Under the pieces are notes generated by a model that was not told where the DNA came from, made no database searches, and saw nothing but the letters and a program-made list of their open reading frames with translations. Below, piece after piece: positions 1-27,079 of a DNA stretch of 64,000 nucleotides; the stretch's first letter is position 1; every line of letters begins with the position of its first letter. This DNA comes from Octopus sinensis (lineage: Eukaryota), in the NCBI RefSeq assembly GCF_006345805.1, contig NC_043012.1, forward strand, positions 1,922,001 through 1,986,000, given 5' to 3'. A program made the translations under genes and the position numbers.

Positions 1-2905
1 TGGTTGCCCAGAAGAAGACCAGCTTGGAGGAGAAGGGTCTGGAAGCTTAAATTCCTGCAAATGGACAGAGATTTAGAGACATACTACTCGAAGCCTCTGA
101 CGAAATAGAAGGGGATATAGCTTCACTTAATGTGGAAGACAACTGGAGATTCCTACGGGACAATCTGCTGACAGCCACTGACCAGATCTGTGGATGGAGC
201 AAAGTACCATCTCGACCCAGAGTAACATGGTGGTGGAACACTGTGGTTGACAGGGCTATTAGACAAAAGAGACAGGCTTGGAAGGACTGGAAGAACGGTG
301 GTAGCAGGGAATTGTATCAGACAGCCAAAAGGGAAGCTAGGAGACAGGTTTATTTAGCCAGAGGGGAAGCGGATAAGAAAAAATTTGCCAATGTTCTGAG
401 CCGTGAGGATGAAAGACTTGAGGTATTTCGTGTTGCAAGACAGTGTGTGAGAGAGAATCGTGATGTGGTAGGAGAGAAGTGTGTTCGCATGGATGATGGT
501 TCACTTGCGCTAAATGAGGATGCAAAGAGAGAGGTTTGGAGATGCCACTATGAAAGGTTGCTGAATAAAGAAAATGAATGGGATAAAGAGAGTCTGCCGA
601 ATGTTGACCCAACAGAGGGACCAGCTATCCGAGTTGATAGTTCCGTGGTAGCTAAGGCAATTAGAAGCATGAAGACAGGGAAAGCCCCAGGCCCATCAGG
701 AATTACTGCAGAGATGCTCAAAATATCTGGCAGTGTCGGCTATAACCTAGTCACCCGTATAGTCAACCAGGTGATACACGAAGGAGTCATACCCAATGAC
801 TGGTGTAGCAGCATACTAGTCAACTGCTACAAAGGTAAAGATGATGCCCTGGATACAAATAATTACAGAGGTATCAAGCTGTTGGATCAGGTAATGAAGG
901 TTACGGAGAGGGTCATAGCCCAACTAATTAGAGAGAGAGTTAGTTTAGATGAGATGCAGTTTGGGTTTGTCCCAGGGAAAAGCACCACTGATGCTATATT
1001 CCTGGTAAGGCAGCTGCAGGAGAAATACCTAGCCAAAGATAAGCCCCTGTACCTGGCTTTCGTTGACATGGAGAAAGCCTTTGATAGGGTCCCCCGTTCC
1101 CTCATCTGGTGGTCAATGAGGAAACTAGGGATAGATGAATGGCTGGTGAGGGCTGTGCAAGCCATGTACAGAGATGCCGTAAGTAAGGTTAGAGTTGGCA
1201 GCATGTACACAGAAGAATTCAAGGTAGAGGTTGGGGTCCACCAGGGTTCAGTACTCAGCCCCCTCCTATTTATCATAGTCCTCCAGGCAATTGTGGAGGA
1301 ATTCAAGACAGGTTGCCCCTGGGAGCTCCTCTATGCTGACGACTCGCTCTAATCGCTGAGTCACTATCAGAACTGGAGGAGAAGTTCCAGGTGTGGAAGG
1401 AGGGTTTAGAATCGAGGGGCCTTAGAGTCAACCTAGCTAAAACCAAAGTACTAATAAGTAGAAAGTTAGAAAATCCACAAATATCCTCAGGAAGATGGCC
1501 CTGCTCGATCTGTAGAAAAGGTGTAGGTAGAAACTCTATAAGATGTACCCAGTGTAAGCTATGGACACATAAGAGGTGCAGCAATGTCAAAGGTAGGCTA
1601 ACTGGGAAGATAGTTTTTGTATGTGGCAGATGCTCTGGAGCATTGACCTCCGAAAATCTGCAGAAAACAACTTCCGTCACTTTCCGGGGGAAAAAACTAG
1701 AAGTAGTTGATAGCTTCCACTATCTAGGTGACCAAGTCAGTAGTGGGGGCGGGTGCGCTGAAAGTGTAACTGCTAGAATAAGAATAGCCTGGGCAAAGTT
1801 TAGGGAGCTCTTACCTCTGCTGGTGACTAAAGGCCTCTCGCTCAGAGTAAAAGGCAGACTGTATGATGCATGTGTACGAACAGCTATGCTACATGGCAGT
1901 GAAACATGGGCCGTGACTGCTGAGGACATGCGTAAGCTTGTGAGGAACGAAGCCAGTATGCTCCGATGGATGTGTAATGTCAGTGTACTTACTCGACAGA
2001 GCGTTAGTACCTTGAGAGAAATGTTGTACCTAAGAAGCATCAGTTGTTGTGTGCAAGAGAGACGATTGCGCTGGTATGGTCATGTGGCGAGAATGGATGA
2101 AGATAGGTGTGTGAGAAAGTGCCAATCCCTAGCAGTTGAGGGAACCCGTGGAAGAGGTAGACCCAGGAAAACCTGGGACGAAGTGGTGAAGCACGAGCTT
2201 CGGACGTTAGGTCTCACCATGGAAATGACTAGAGACCGAGACCTATGGAAGTATGCTGTGCGTGAGAAGACCCGGCAAGACTAGTGAAGCCATAATCCGT
2301 GGCCCCTACCTGGGACGTAGTCAGTCCACCTGTGCATACCTTCCTTCTTGTGACACTTGTGAAGACCTGTTGAGGCAAGTGAGAATCGAATCGAATCAAA
2401 TCGAACCAAATCAAAATAGATGAACATCAATGGGATTTGTATCCTTGTGGTACCAGTGCCGGTGGCACATAAGAAAACCATCCGAACGTGATCGTAGCCA
2501 GTACCGCAACGACTGGCCTCCGTGCTGAGGGCACGTAACAAACACCATCCGAGCGTGGCCGTCCGCCAGCCCCGTCTGGCACCTGTGTCGGTGACACATA
2601 AGAAAACACCATCCGAGCGTGGCCGTCAGCCAGCCTCATCTGGCACCTGTGTCGGTGGCACATAAAAAACACCATCCGAGCGTGGCCGTCTGCCAGCCTC
2701 GTCTGGCACCTGTGTCGGTGGCACATAAAATCACCCACTACACTCTCGGAGTGGTTGGCGTTAGGAAGGGCATCCAGCTGTAGAAACACTGCCAGATCTG
2801 ACTGGCCTGGTGCAGCCTTCGGGCTTGCCAGACCCCAGTTGAACCGTCCAACCCATGCTAGCATGGAAAGCGGACGTTAAACGATGATGATGATGATGAT
2901 GATGA
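1..2905 (+). mobile_element. RTE-clade LINE, 5' part outside window; frameshifted RT ORF, 3' UTR and (GAT)n tail
   Basis: ORFs 132-1352 and 1391-2284 contain RT motifs KAPGPSG, NYRGIKLL, QFGF, AFVDMEKAFD, GVHQGSVLSP, YADD, GLRVNLAKTKV, FHYLG and the RTE C-terminus RLRWYGHV...GRPRKTW. Frameshifts at about 51 and 1344. The 3' UTR has ~60-bp repeats and ends in GATGATGAT at about 2883-2905. Confidence 0.95.
51..2284 (+). pseudogene. RTE reverse transcriptase ORF with a 1-bp deletion just after YADD
   Basis: Reads gctgacgactcgctctaatc versus gctgatgaccttgctctaatt in the second copy (about 62035-62055), so one base is missing; both ORF halves are RT-like. Confidence 0.9.
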
Positions 2906-2909
2906 TATA

Positions 2910-3675
2910 TATAATCAAAATAAGCAGCAAGGATATCCAATTGTTTCATGCTACTTCATTTTATTAAACACTGTAAGTATTACATCAGTTTTAAAATGTC
3001 GAGCAATCTTCAGCCACATATAGAATTTTCCAATTAAACGGACAATGAAATGATTTCTATATTTTCTATCCCTATATAAGATACTAATATTTATTGAAAT
3101 CCTTTAGAAAATTATCTAAAGGATATTTACTTAAAATTCTTAATATAGAATTTGGCTGTTAAATGGTAAGGGACATTGAAAACCTCTAGAGCATTAATAG
3201 TCTCTATTCCCCCTACCCCACTAACTTCAGCCTACTAGCTTTTTTCTATAATGCATTCAAATATATCTAAACTGAATTCCTCAAAATGAGGATGGGTTTA
3301 TGGCTTTGACATTTGTACTACCTCTTCCTTTATCTACAATTAGAAAAAATTCTTGTTTGTCTCCATTCAACCAAGAATAAAATACCCCCTCCCCACTGAT
3401 AGATCTAAATAACAAAGTGAATGAACATACTACTATCATGTTCTTAAGAATGAAATTAACCTCTCTGTCTATATATCTACCCTCTTTATAATGTTTGCAA
3501 ATGAAATAGGGATAAGAATGTGCATTGCCCGTTTAATTGGAAAATTCTATATGTGGCTGAATATTGCTCGACACTTTAAAACTGATGTCATACTTACAGT
3601 GTTTAATAAAATGAAGTAGCATGAAACAATTGTACTGCTCTACCTTGGATATCCTTGTTGCTTATTTAGATTATA
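2910..3675. repeat. Inverted repeat, ~140-bp arms (2910-3047 and 3523-3675), ~475-bp spacer
   Basis: Arms are direct reverse complements, e.g. cagccacatatagaattttccaattaaacgg / ccgtttaattggaaaattctatatgtggctg. Confidence 0.85.
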
Positions 3676-3800
3676 ATCACCCCCATTTGGTTTATATGGA
3701 TAATACAATACAAAATTTTGGTGCCTTTAACTTAAGTACCATATTCATCTGAATCTAAATTTTGCTGAACTTATATATATATACTATATTAATAATTATA

Positions 3801-4271
3801 TACATAATTATATCAAAGAATCAGACGAGCCTCTCTTCGCACTGAAAATAGACGACAAATGGTGCAAAAAAAAAAAACCCACCTTAAATGTCCAATAGCA
3901 CAGGTTATAAGTGGCCAAATGAAAAATAATAAATCAAATTTTTGGTCAATTGTGTATCGGAACCAATTTCAACCAGAATGTAATAAATACTTACTGCTAT
4001 CGTCAGCACAAATATTCCAAAATATATAATATAAAAACAGTTGCAATTATATATTTTGGAATATTTGTGCTGACGATAGCAGTAAGTATTTATTACATTC
4101 TGGTTGAAATTGGTTCTGATACACAATTGACCAAAAATTTGATTTATTATTTTTCATTTGCCAGCTTACAACCTGTGCTATTGGACATTTAAGGTGGGTT
4201 TTTTTAGCACCATTTGGTGTCTATTTTCAGCTCATGGAGAGGCTCGTCTGATCCCTTGACATAATTATGTA
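3801..4271. repeat. Near-perfect palindrome / foldback MITE-like element, ~230-bp arms, ~15-nt loop
   Basis: Arms pair around 4031-4045; this produces the mirror-image ORFs 3905-4126(-) and 3950-4192(+). Confidence 0.9.
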
Positions 4272-4430
4272 TTGAGTTGGTGCATAATTATTGCGGCTTT
4301 TTTTCAACAAATTTTATTCAACAAAAACAATAACAACATGTAACAAAAACATCTTTAAATGATTATTCCGGAGCATATTCACCATCTACTTCAATTACTG
4401 CTTCCCATTTGCTTGGCAGATGGTCAGACT
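4272..4430 (-). mobile_element. mariner transposon 3' fragment with TIR
   Basis: TIR-like (ta)ttgagttggtgcataattattgcgg; minus strand 4363-4425 encodes DHLPSKWEAVIEVDGEYAPE*, resembling the mariner C-terminal LxxRWxxxIxxxGxY segment. Confidence 0.75.
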
Positions 4431-5084
4431 GTCTTTTAAAGATGTGTTTGTTAAATATTGTTTGTGTGTGTGTGTGTATTCAAGATTAATCAGCCGAAAT
4501 TGCTAGGATGATCCGGTTCTTGACTGAAGATTGAAGGCTTCGAATGTCCCGTCCATGTTTTTTGTATCGTCTTCTAAATGTTTTACGTTCTTGTCCCAGT
4601 TTGTATTTTTCTACATATAATAAATATATAATATATATAATTCAACCACCGTAGTGGTTGAATATATTCTTAAATCCACCATTTTGTCAATTGCAGCAGC
4701 TTCCAAGCTTCACCACTAATTCAGTTCTCATTGGTTAAAAGTGCTTATATTCTAAATTTACTTTTTAAATTTCAAAATTAATTAAAAGGGATTTTTCATA
4801 AATCAAATTTATATTAATGGGATGTAGGTAATTTTAACTTGTGTATATCTGATATACTTTTATAATTACTGTTGTATTGAATAATTATTGCTAGATCTAG
4901 ATTAACAGCAGTCAGTGCTGTTATCACCAACTCAAAGTCTATCTAGGTTACTTAAGCCTGGTAACTGATGGTTTTGGGGTCTTGTTGTTTGTAACTTTTG
5001 GGGAACCATGGTGCAACCAACAAGATGGTAAAATTTCCTGCCATTAATTTGGTGTGGATGGGTAATATCAGATAATTCAATCAC

Positions 5085-5255
5085 AAGGCACCCACTACAC
5101 TCGCGGAGTGGTTGGCGTTAGGAAGGGCTTCCAGCTGTAGAAACACTGCCAGATCAGATTGGAGCCGGTGCAGCCATCTGGTTTACCAGTCCTCAGTCAA
5201 ATCGTCCAACCCATGCTAGCACAGAAAACGGACGTTAAACGATGATGATGATGAA
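5085..5255 (+). mobile_element. RTE 3'-tail fragment
   Basis: Matches 2730-2905 and ends in GATGATGAT. Confidence 0.85.
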
Positions 5256-5360
5256 GAAAATTGAAATATTATCTTTCAATATTTTATAAGTTAACATTTT
5301 AAATTATTAGTTGACACGTTATTAATTATCTTATAACAGCAATGCCTGGAAAAATCATGG

Positions 5361-5884
5361 ATTACATGGAAAAATGCAAGCTTGGAAAATAATATTCTTC
5401 AGATTATAAACCTGGAAAAGTACAGGACAAGTTATTACACCTGGAAAAGTATAGGACAAGCTATTACTTCAAGTAAAGTAAAGTAAAGAATAAGAAACCT
5501 TTTACTTACAATATTGCAGCTAAAATTAAAATTTGAATATTAAAACTTATTCTGTTATAGTTTACAGATAACACTATACTTATTTAAGGAGAATTTGGCT
5601 AATTTACTACCTTAAATATAGAAAAAAGTGACTAATTAGACAAACTTACAAATTAGCTGAACAGTTTTGTACAATAAATTTAAAAGTTGAGAACTGTAAA
5701 GAGTAATAAATTAGAAGAACTGGAATTCTTTGCTGCAATATTTTAAGTAAAAAGTTTCTTATTCTATACTTTACTAGAAGTAATAGCTTCTCCTATACTT
5801 TTCCAGGTAATAACATGTCCTGTACTTTTCCAGGTTTATAATCTTAGGAATATTACTTTTCATGCTCGCATTTTTCCATGTAAT
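5361..5884. repeat. Inverted repeat element (arms ~5361-5520 and ~5732-5884), MITE-like
   Basis: Reverse-complement arms with internal subrepeats cctggaaaagtayaggacaag. Confidence 0.75.
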
Positions 5885-5887
5885 ATA

Positions 5888-6126
5888 TGAGAGAGATGAC
5901 TGCGCAGGTATTGTCATGTGGTGAGAATGGATGGGGATAGCTGTGTGAAAAAGTGCCACACCCTAGCAGTTGAGGGAACCTGTGGAAGCGGTAGACCCAG
6001 GAAAACCTGGGATGAGGTGGTGAAGTACGACCTTCGAACATTAGGCCTCACCGAGGCAATGACTAGTGACTGAGACTTTGGAAATATCCAGTGCGTGAGA
6101 AGACCCCCGCAAGCCAAGTGAGACCA
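5888..6126 (+). mobile_element. RTE LINE fragment (end of ORF)
   Basis: Homologous to 2055-2290 (HVVRMDGDSCVKKCHTLAVEGTCGSGRPRKTWDEVVK). Confidence 0.85.
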
Positions 6127-6490
6127 TAGGCGTGGTTGTGTGGTAAGAAGCTTACTTCCTAACCACATAGTTCCCGGTCTCAGTGGAACCTTGGACAGGT
6201 GTCTAATACTAAAGCCTTGAGTGGATATGGTAGACGGAAACTGAAAGAAGCCCTCCGTATATATATGTGTGTGTATTTGTCGTCCCCCTATCCCCAATCA
6301 CTGCTTCATAACTGGTTTTGGTGTGTTTATATACCCATAACTTAACAATTCAGCAAAGGAGACTGATAGAATAAGTACTAGGCTTACAAAGAGTAAGTCC
6401 TGGGGTCGATCTCTTCGACTAAAACGTTTCAAGGCGGTGCTCCAGTATGGCCGCTGTCAAATTACTGAAACGTGCAAAAGAAAAAAAACA
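6127..6490 (+). mobile_element. tRNA-derived SINE, family 1
   Basis: A-box-like gtgtggtaag, body ggaaactgaaagaagcc, internal (TA/TG)n and tail gtgctccagtatggccgc; many copies in the window. Confidence 0.8.
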
Positions 6491-6755
6491 ATCTCTTGAT
6501 GTGGGAGGCAGTGAAAAAGGGACAAGAAAAAAACTAGCTACCATCACTTTACCTGAAAATGTCTGGAGACACTGCTTCTTGGCTGCAAATTGCCATTTTA
6601 CCGGGGTATAAGACACACGCCTATTTTACAAGTATATTTTGTAAGGAGTGGAGATGTGTGATTCTGTATATGTAAATACAGTATCGTGAAAGCACAATGT
6701 AATAAGTATGAAACTATACTTAAATCATAAATAAACTAAATTATGAAATTACCAT

Positions 6756-7677
6756 TGTAGATGAATCGTGCGGAAGGAGAAGTGATGATGAATGGCTCCT
6801 TTAATACACCACACGGTCGATTACAATTAAATACAAAAAGTATGAATGAGTATGAGTGCCTGAAAGAAAAGAAAAACAACACAACCGGTAGAATGTTAAG
6901 AGAAGATTTTATTTGTGTGTTAATGTGTGTGCGTCAAAAGTACATATATAATAATAACAATAATAGACAGGCCGTCATGTATACATAATGTGTATGTGTG
7001 TGCATAAAATACAGAGCATTGAAAGAGTCTGTAACAGGACATTAGAAGAATGTTCAGACACAAGGAAGATAAATACCAGTTCGTAGTAAGGTACACAATA
7101 GTTGAAGTGCTGTAACAAGAAGTTGAGACACATGTCGTGTAAGAAGTTGTGGCTACTATGCCACTGCCGGTCACTTGATACAGGAAAATCTCGCAGGTTG
7201 TATTTGCTGTTAACCATGGTGAAGTAATTCACAAACAGTGAGGGGATGGAACCTGGCGAGTTGCTGGTGTTACTGTGTACGTAGAGAGATGTTGTTGGCG
7301 ACGGAGATGGAGGTCCTGGTACTGCTGGACGAAGTGTTGATGTTTCTCCATGTGGCTGCTGGTGTTATGCTGTCGCTGGAACTGGCTGTGTGCTCTGTGG
7401 TCAGTGGTTAGACCTTAGAAGGTCTAGAACCAAAGACTTTGACTCTATGAATCGCTGAAGTTTTATAGCAAGCTGTCGGCGCAAACAGAGATTTAGAAAA
7501 GACTGTGTCACGGGACCTTAACAGAAGGCTGCGATTGGTTGGGTTGCGCATTGGCGCATAATAGAGCAAGAGACAAATTGCGCCAATACCAATCAATCAG
7601 AGTAGAGGACACAACAGGGTCCAAGCTACCGAAGGCTAGCTGTTATCTACTACGTCCGTATTCATGTATATATAACA
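6756..7677 (-). mobile_element. Solo-LTR-like element (~920 bp)
   Basis: TG...CA ends; on the minus strand CCAAT (about 7535-7555), TATAAAA (about 7460-7467) and AATAAA (about 6907-6912); homologous to 43800-44728. No TSD found. Confidence 0.5.
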
Positions 7678-7765
7678 GAGAGAGAAAGAGAGAGTCCTCT
7701 ACACCATATTTCAGCTTTATCTTCTTTCGGATCGACTGTATAGCTGTTTATGTGTTGGTCTAGGT

Positions 7766-8241
7766 CAGGGGTAGAGAAACCCCTACCCGCGGGCGATTTG
7801 CACCTGCAAGCTTGTTTTATTGTGCCCGCAGGCTGATATACTCATGTGTACAAAATGTAGTAAATTTTTCAATCAAAATTTATACAATATTCGTATACCT
7901 ATTTGCGACATAGTTCATGTTTCCACAACGACTTGAAAATGTCATTTGAATTAAAATTTTGTTTTCACTATAAAACAGATATTGCTAGGTTTCTACCTCT
8001 CCCCCACCCCTTGAGACCCAACTACACTTCAGCTGAAAAAAAAATGGAATACGTCATAAGTAATATAAACGTCCTAAATTCAGTGGCAGCGTTAATGAAG
8101 ATATTACGCGTTAATTTAATGTTAAACTTATCTTTATTAATACAAGATTTACACAGATATGAGTTAGAACCTGTGATCTGCCCGCGGACCTTTTTCTCAG
8201 GAAATTTTTTCCCACCACACTAAGAACTTTCCCCACCCCTG
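7766..8241. mobile_element. Non-autonomous hAT (Charlie-like) element
   Basis: TIRs caggggt...acccctg flanked by a perfect 8-bp TSD gtctaggt (7758-7765 and 8242-8249). Confidence 0.85.
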
Positions 8242-8939
8242 GTCTAGGTAATTGTCATACTGAATGTAATATAAAACAAGTATTTCTTTCTCGTCGCCAC
8301 TAATTAAGTTGAAAAAAAACCTCTCTAAATCCATTGTCTCATTGCTGCTAATAAATCTGTAACATTTACAGCCTCTGTCACTTAAATATTAATTCTTTTT
8401 GGGAACGGCGTTTTCTATCGAAAAAAGGTTTCAGCTCAGTATTTACATGCTTATATGTATAGCTTTATGCGCTTCGAGATTCGCTATTCCCCAACACCAC
8501 CTCGCAAAAAAAGAAAAAGAAATGTATCACGCCCCATCGAAAATTTATGAATCCTTCTGATATCAACTTCAATATTAATTAATATGAAGGGGTAAAAACG
8601 AATAGCCTCAATTACTTCGTCACTAATTAATCTAAAAAAAGAAAATCTCATAATCTATGCCACTTTGCTGCTAACATATAATCGGTGTAACCTGTTGTCT
8701 CTGAGAGATATTGTCTATTTAATTCATGCTTGTGTTTGATTGTTATAGTTATTTTATTGACACCTGAAATATGAAAAGTAAAGTTATACCTGGGTGGAAT
8801 TTGCGCTTAGTATTCAGTAAAGTTAGGTAACTCTGGACTACATTACTCCAGTTACCTCCCTTATCCTATTATTTTTAGCCTGAAGTTAGTTCTTCAATAA
8901 AAGTCTAAAATGATTATTTGCCGTTGCTGTTGTTCCTAG

Positions 8940-8967
8940 ATTCAACTCACGCACAGAACCAAGACAG
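8940..8967 (+). CDS. Possible micro-exon of an unidentified gene (xFNSRTEPRQ)
   Basis: Pyrimidine tract plus ctag acceptor, cag|gtg donor; ends in phase 0, compatible with the exon at 9434. Confidence 0.35.
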
Positions 8968-9010
8968 GTGAAGGTGTATCCGTTTATCATCACTATATTA
9001 TATTAATGCG

Positions 9011-9393
9011 TGGAGGCGCAATGGCCCAGTGGTTAGGGCAGCGGACTCGCGGTCATAGGATCGCGGTTTCGATTCCCAGACCGGGCGTTGTGAGTGTTTA
9101 TTGAGCGAAAACACCTAAAGCTCCACGAGGCTCCGGCAGGGGATGGTGGTGATCCCTGCTGTACTCTTTCACCACAACTTTCTCTCACTCTTACTTCCTG
9201 TTTCTGTTGTACCTGTATTTCAAAGGGCCGGCCTTGTCACTCTCTGTGTCACGCTGAATATCCCCGAGAACTACGTTAAGGGTACACGTGCCTGTGGAGT
9301 GCTCAGCCACTTACACGTTAATTTCAAGAGCAGGCTGTTCCATTGATTCGGATCAACCGGAACCCTCGTCGTCGTAACCTACGGAGTGCTTCC
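9011..9393 (+). mobile_element. tRNA-derived SINE, family 2
   Basis: A box tggcccagtggt, B box ggtttcgattccc; near-identical inverted copy at 53129-53511. Confidence 0.85.
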
Positions 9394-9433
9394 ACCATTA
9401 TATTAATATCGCAATTTTGTTCTGTTTTTGCAG

Positions 9434-9652
9434 GCTAGTGATGTGGTACCTTTCATACTCGACAGTAAATTGTACTCCCATGTGTTAAAGAGGATTGTTG
9501 GAATGGTAGCTGCCGCAGAATCTGTTCTCGATGAAACTGATCCCGATTTTGCCGAAGCTATTTTAGATGCAACTTATGGAATTCTCTTAAAAGGCCAGAA
9601 AAAGCTACTATATGACGAAGTGTTTGGGTTACACGTTGTGGACTCTCCCTGA
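9434..9652 (+). CDS. Probable terminal coding exon of an unidentified gene (ASDVVPFILDSKLY...GLHVVDSP*)
   Basis: Strong acceptor ttttgttctgtttttgcag|, 72 open codons of protein-like composition, non-repetitive; AATAAA at about 9959. Confidence 0.5.
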   Translation, partial: ASDVVPFILDSKLYSHVLKRIVGMVAAAESVLDETDPDFAEAILDATYGILLKGQKKLLYDEVFGLHVVDSP

Positions 9653-11343
9653 GTCGATTCGTCGCCTATAAACACGAGGACTCGCCATTTCCTGTCCAGT
9701 TAGCAAGCCTGGATACAGTTTATGCCATGTCCGTAATCCCCATCTGTAATTAACATGTTAATTACCACTAATTATGTGTACATTCAGTGAGTTTTCTTTT
9801 TTCCATAACTCATCTATTGCACATTTGCCTAAATTCTACAGATTTAGCATAATATTCTAAATACTGTGGCACCATGATTTTACTGGTGATATATAATGGT
9901 TGAGTTTTTTTTTTCTTTCATGAATTTAGAGAGATTCCTTGGTGTTCCTAGCAATACTAATAAAAGAATTGTAACTACAGTAAAGTATTTTTCTTCTGAC
10001 CGCAAACCTCACACTTGCTGTGCCCAAGTACGGCCAGAGCTGTAATATTTCAGATTTCCTCTTAGATTATTCTATGTTTAAACCTATGTAATTCCCTTCA
10101 ATATGCTACTGTAATATATCACGTTTATGCAATAATACATATGCCACACACACATATACGTGTGTGTATGTATGTAAGGTACGTGAGGAAGTACATTGTG
10201 ACCAGTGTTGTACAACAAAATCCTATAGTCTGGTTGATAGTTATACAGTGATATATTTATATGTGTGTGTGTGTGTGTGTGTGTATTTGCTATATTATAA
10301 ATGACCAGAGTAATATGGCACAGGTGAATAAATATGAGTGACATGGTACCTGTGAATACCCACAGTATCACTTATACCACTTGTGACTTGGTCTACCTTG
10401 TCACAATACCAGTGGCCAACCTTCAATGTCACACTACTAGCAACCATCTGCAGCATGTGACAATACTAGTGGCTTGCTCACATTGTCACGCCACCATTCA
10501 TTAGACAGATGAGTGACTAGATCTAGCCAGCCATAGCACTAGTGACTGAAACTAACTATGTAACAGCACCCGTAACTTGATCTACGTGTCACAATGAATC
10601 AGTGACTGCAAAGTACTATTTTCTAAACAGTTGTGACATTGAGAAGATGTTGTTACCAAAATTCTTATGTTCTTCAACTAATTCCAGCTATTATTTTACA
10701 CATTAGTTCAAAGGAATTTTAAATGGATTAGTTACAGTAATAAAAAGAAATAAAAATTAAAATAACAGTGATTTAATTCATATGAAGCCAGATTTATTCA
10801 AATTCATAGTTTTGTGTTAAATAAAAGTTAATAAAATGAAATTATAAAAGTAATGTTCAATTTTCCGACTTCTTTTGTGTTATAAATTCTTAATTCAAGA
10901 TTTTCTTTACTATTATTAAGATAATGAAGGAGAGTGGAATAAAAAAAATAGTTGAGAACTTCTATACAAATGCTATGTTTAACATTGCATTTTTGCTTAT
11001 ATTTCAAATAATTTGCTTTGTGTTATTTATTTTTAATAGCCTGAAAGAGAGAAGTGGTAATAGGTGAGTTTTAAGAAAGATCAAACTAGTCACTTTGCTT
11101 CTCATTCGAAATTGCTGACGGGTGCTGTGACTAACTCATAGGTCCTATTTTCATTCAGATCAGGTGGAATTCTACTCTACATTGTTGGCCAGCTGGAACT
11201 CTTTGCAACAGAACTGACAATGTAAATTGTTGTAGACAGAAAAACAAGGAGAAAAAACAAAATAATTTCCATTCATCTCTGAAAGAAAAACCTTAGATGA
11301 AGAAAATGAAAAGGGCAAAAGTCTTGTTCTGCTGTTTTTATTG

Positions 11344-26630
<15,287 letters not shown>

Positions 26631-26708
26631 ATTTTCTTTCAATCCTCGTTTAGCTGCCGTCAACGAACATCAATTTGAAGAAAAGATACGATATCTAAAT
26701 AGGTTTTT

Positions 26709-26716
26709 ACTTCCGT
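26709..26716 (-). promoter_or_regulatory. ETS-type motif ACGGAAGT upstream of SDR A
   Basis: The same 8-mer lies 57-85 bp upstream of all three SDR start codons. Confidence 0.45.
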
Positions 26717-27079
26717 TTTGAATCCTATTTCCCAATGCCACTGTCAGGGTTAAAATTATATAAATCACAACTTTTATTACAGAAATAAATCTCTCGTGAA
26801 AAACAATATAATTGTTTGTTTTTGGGGGTTTTTTTAAAAGTAAGCAGTTAACAAGATACAAAAAAGAGAGAGAGAGAGGGAGAGACTCAATAAATAAAAA
26901 GACTGCAATATAAATACGCAAAATAATTAAGCAAGCACCCTGCCTAATTTATAGATGACACCAGGAGGCACTACTGCAGTGGCATAGATAGTGTCCAGCC
27001 CACTCGCATACCTATTCCAGGTATGTAACTGAGGTTCTGATATTCACCGTCTAAATATATCTGAGACAACCTTAAACAC

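Noticed and set aside
2229-2949. Minus-strand ORFs with MCHRHRCQ repeats (also 63090-63868)
   Set aside because: Antisense translations of the RTE 3' UTR tandem repeats.
3905-4192. Pair of near-identical ORFs on opposite strands
   Set aside because: Artefact of the DNA palindrome.
9011-9085. tRNA gene
   Set aside because: The A/B boxes are the head of a SINE that continues for about 300 bp and recurs at 53129-53511; the same applies to the other tRNA-like heads.
10330-10620. Degenerate ~28-30-bp repeat (tgtcacaatactagtgac)
   Set aside because: Too decayed to define a unit or function.
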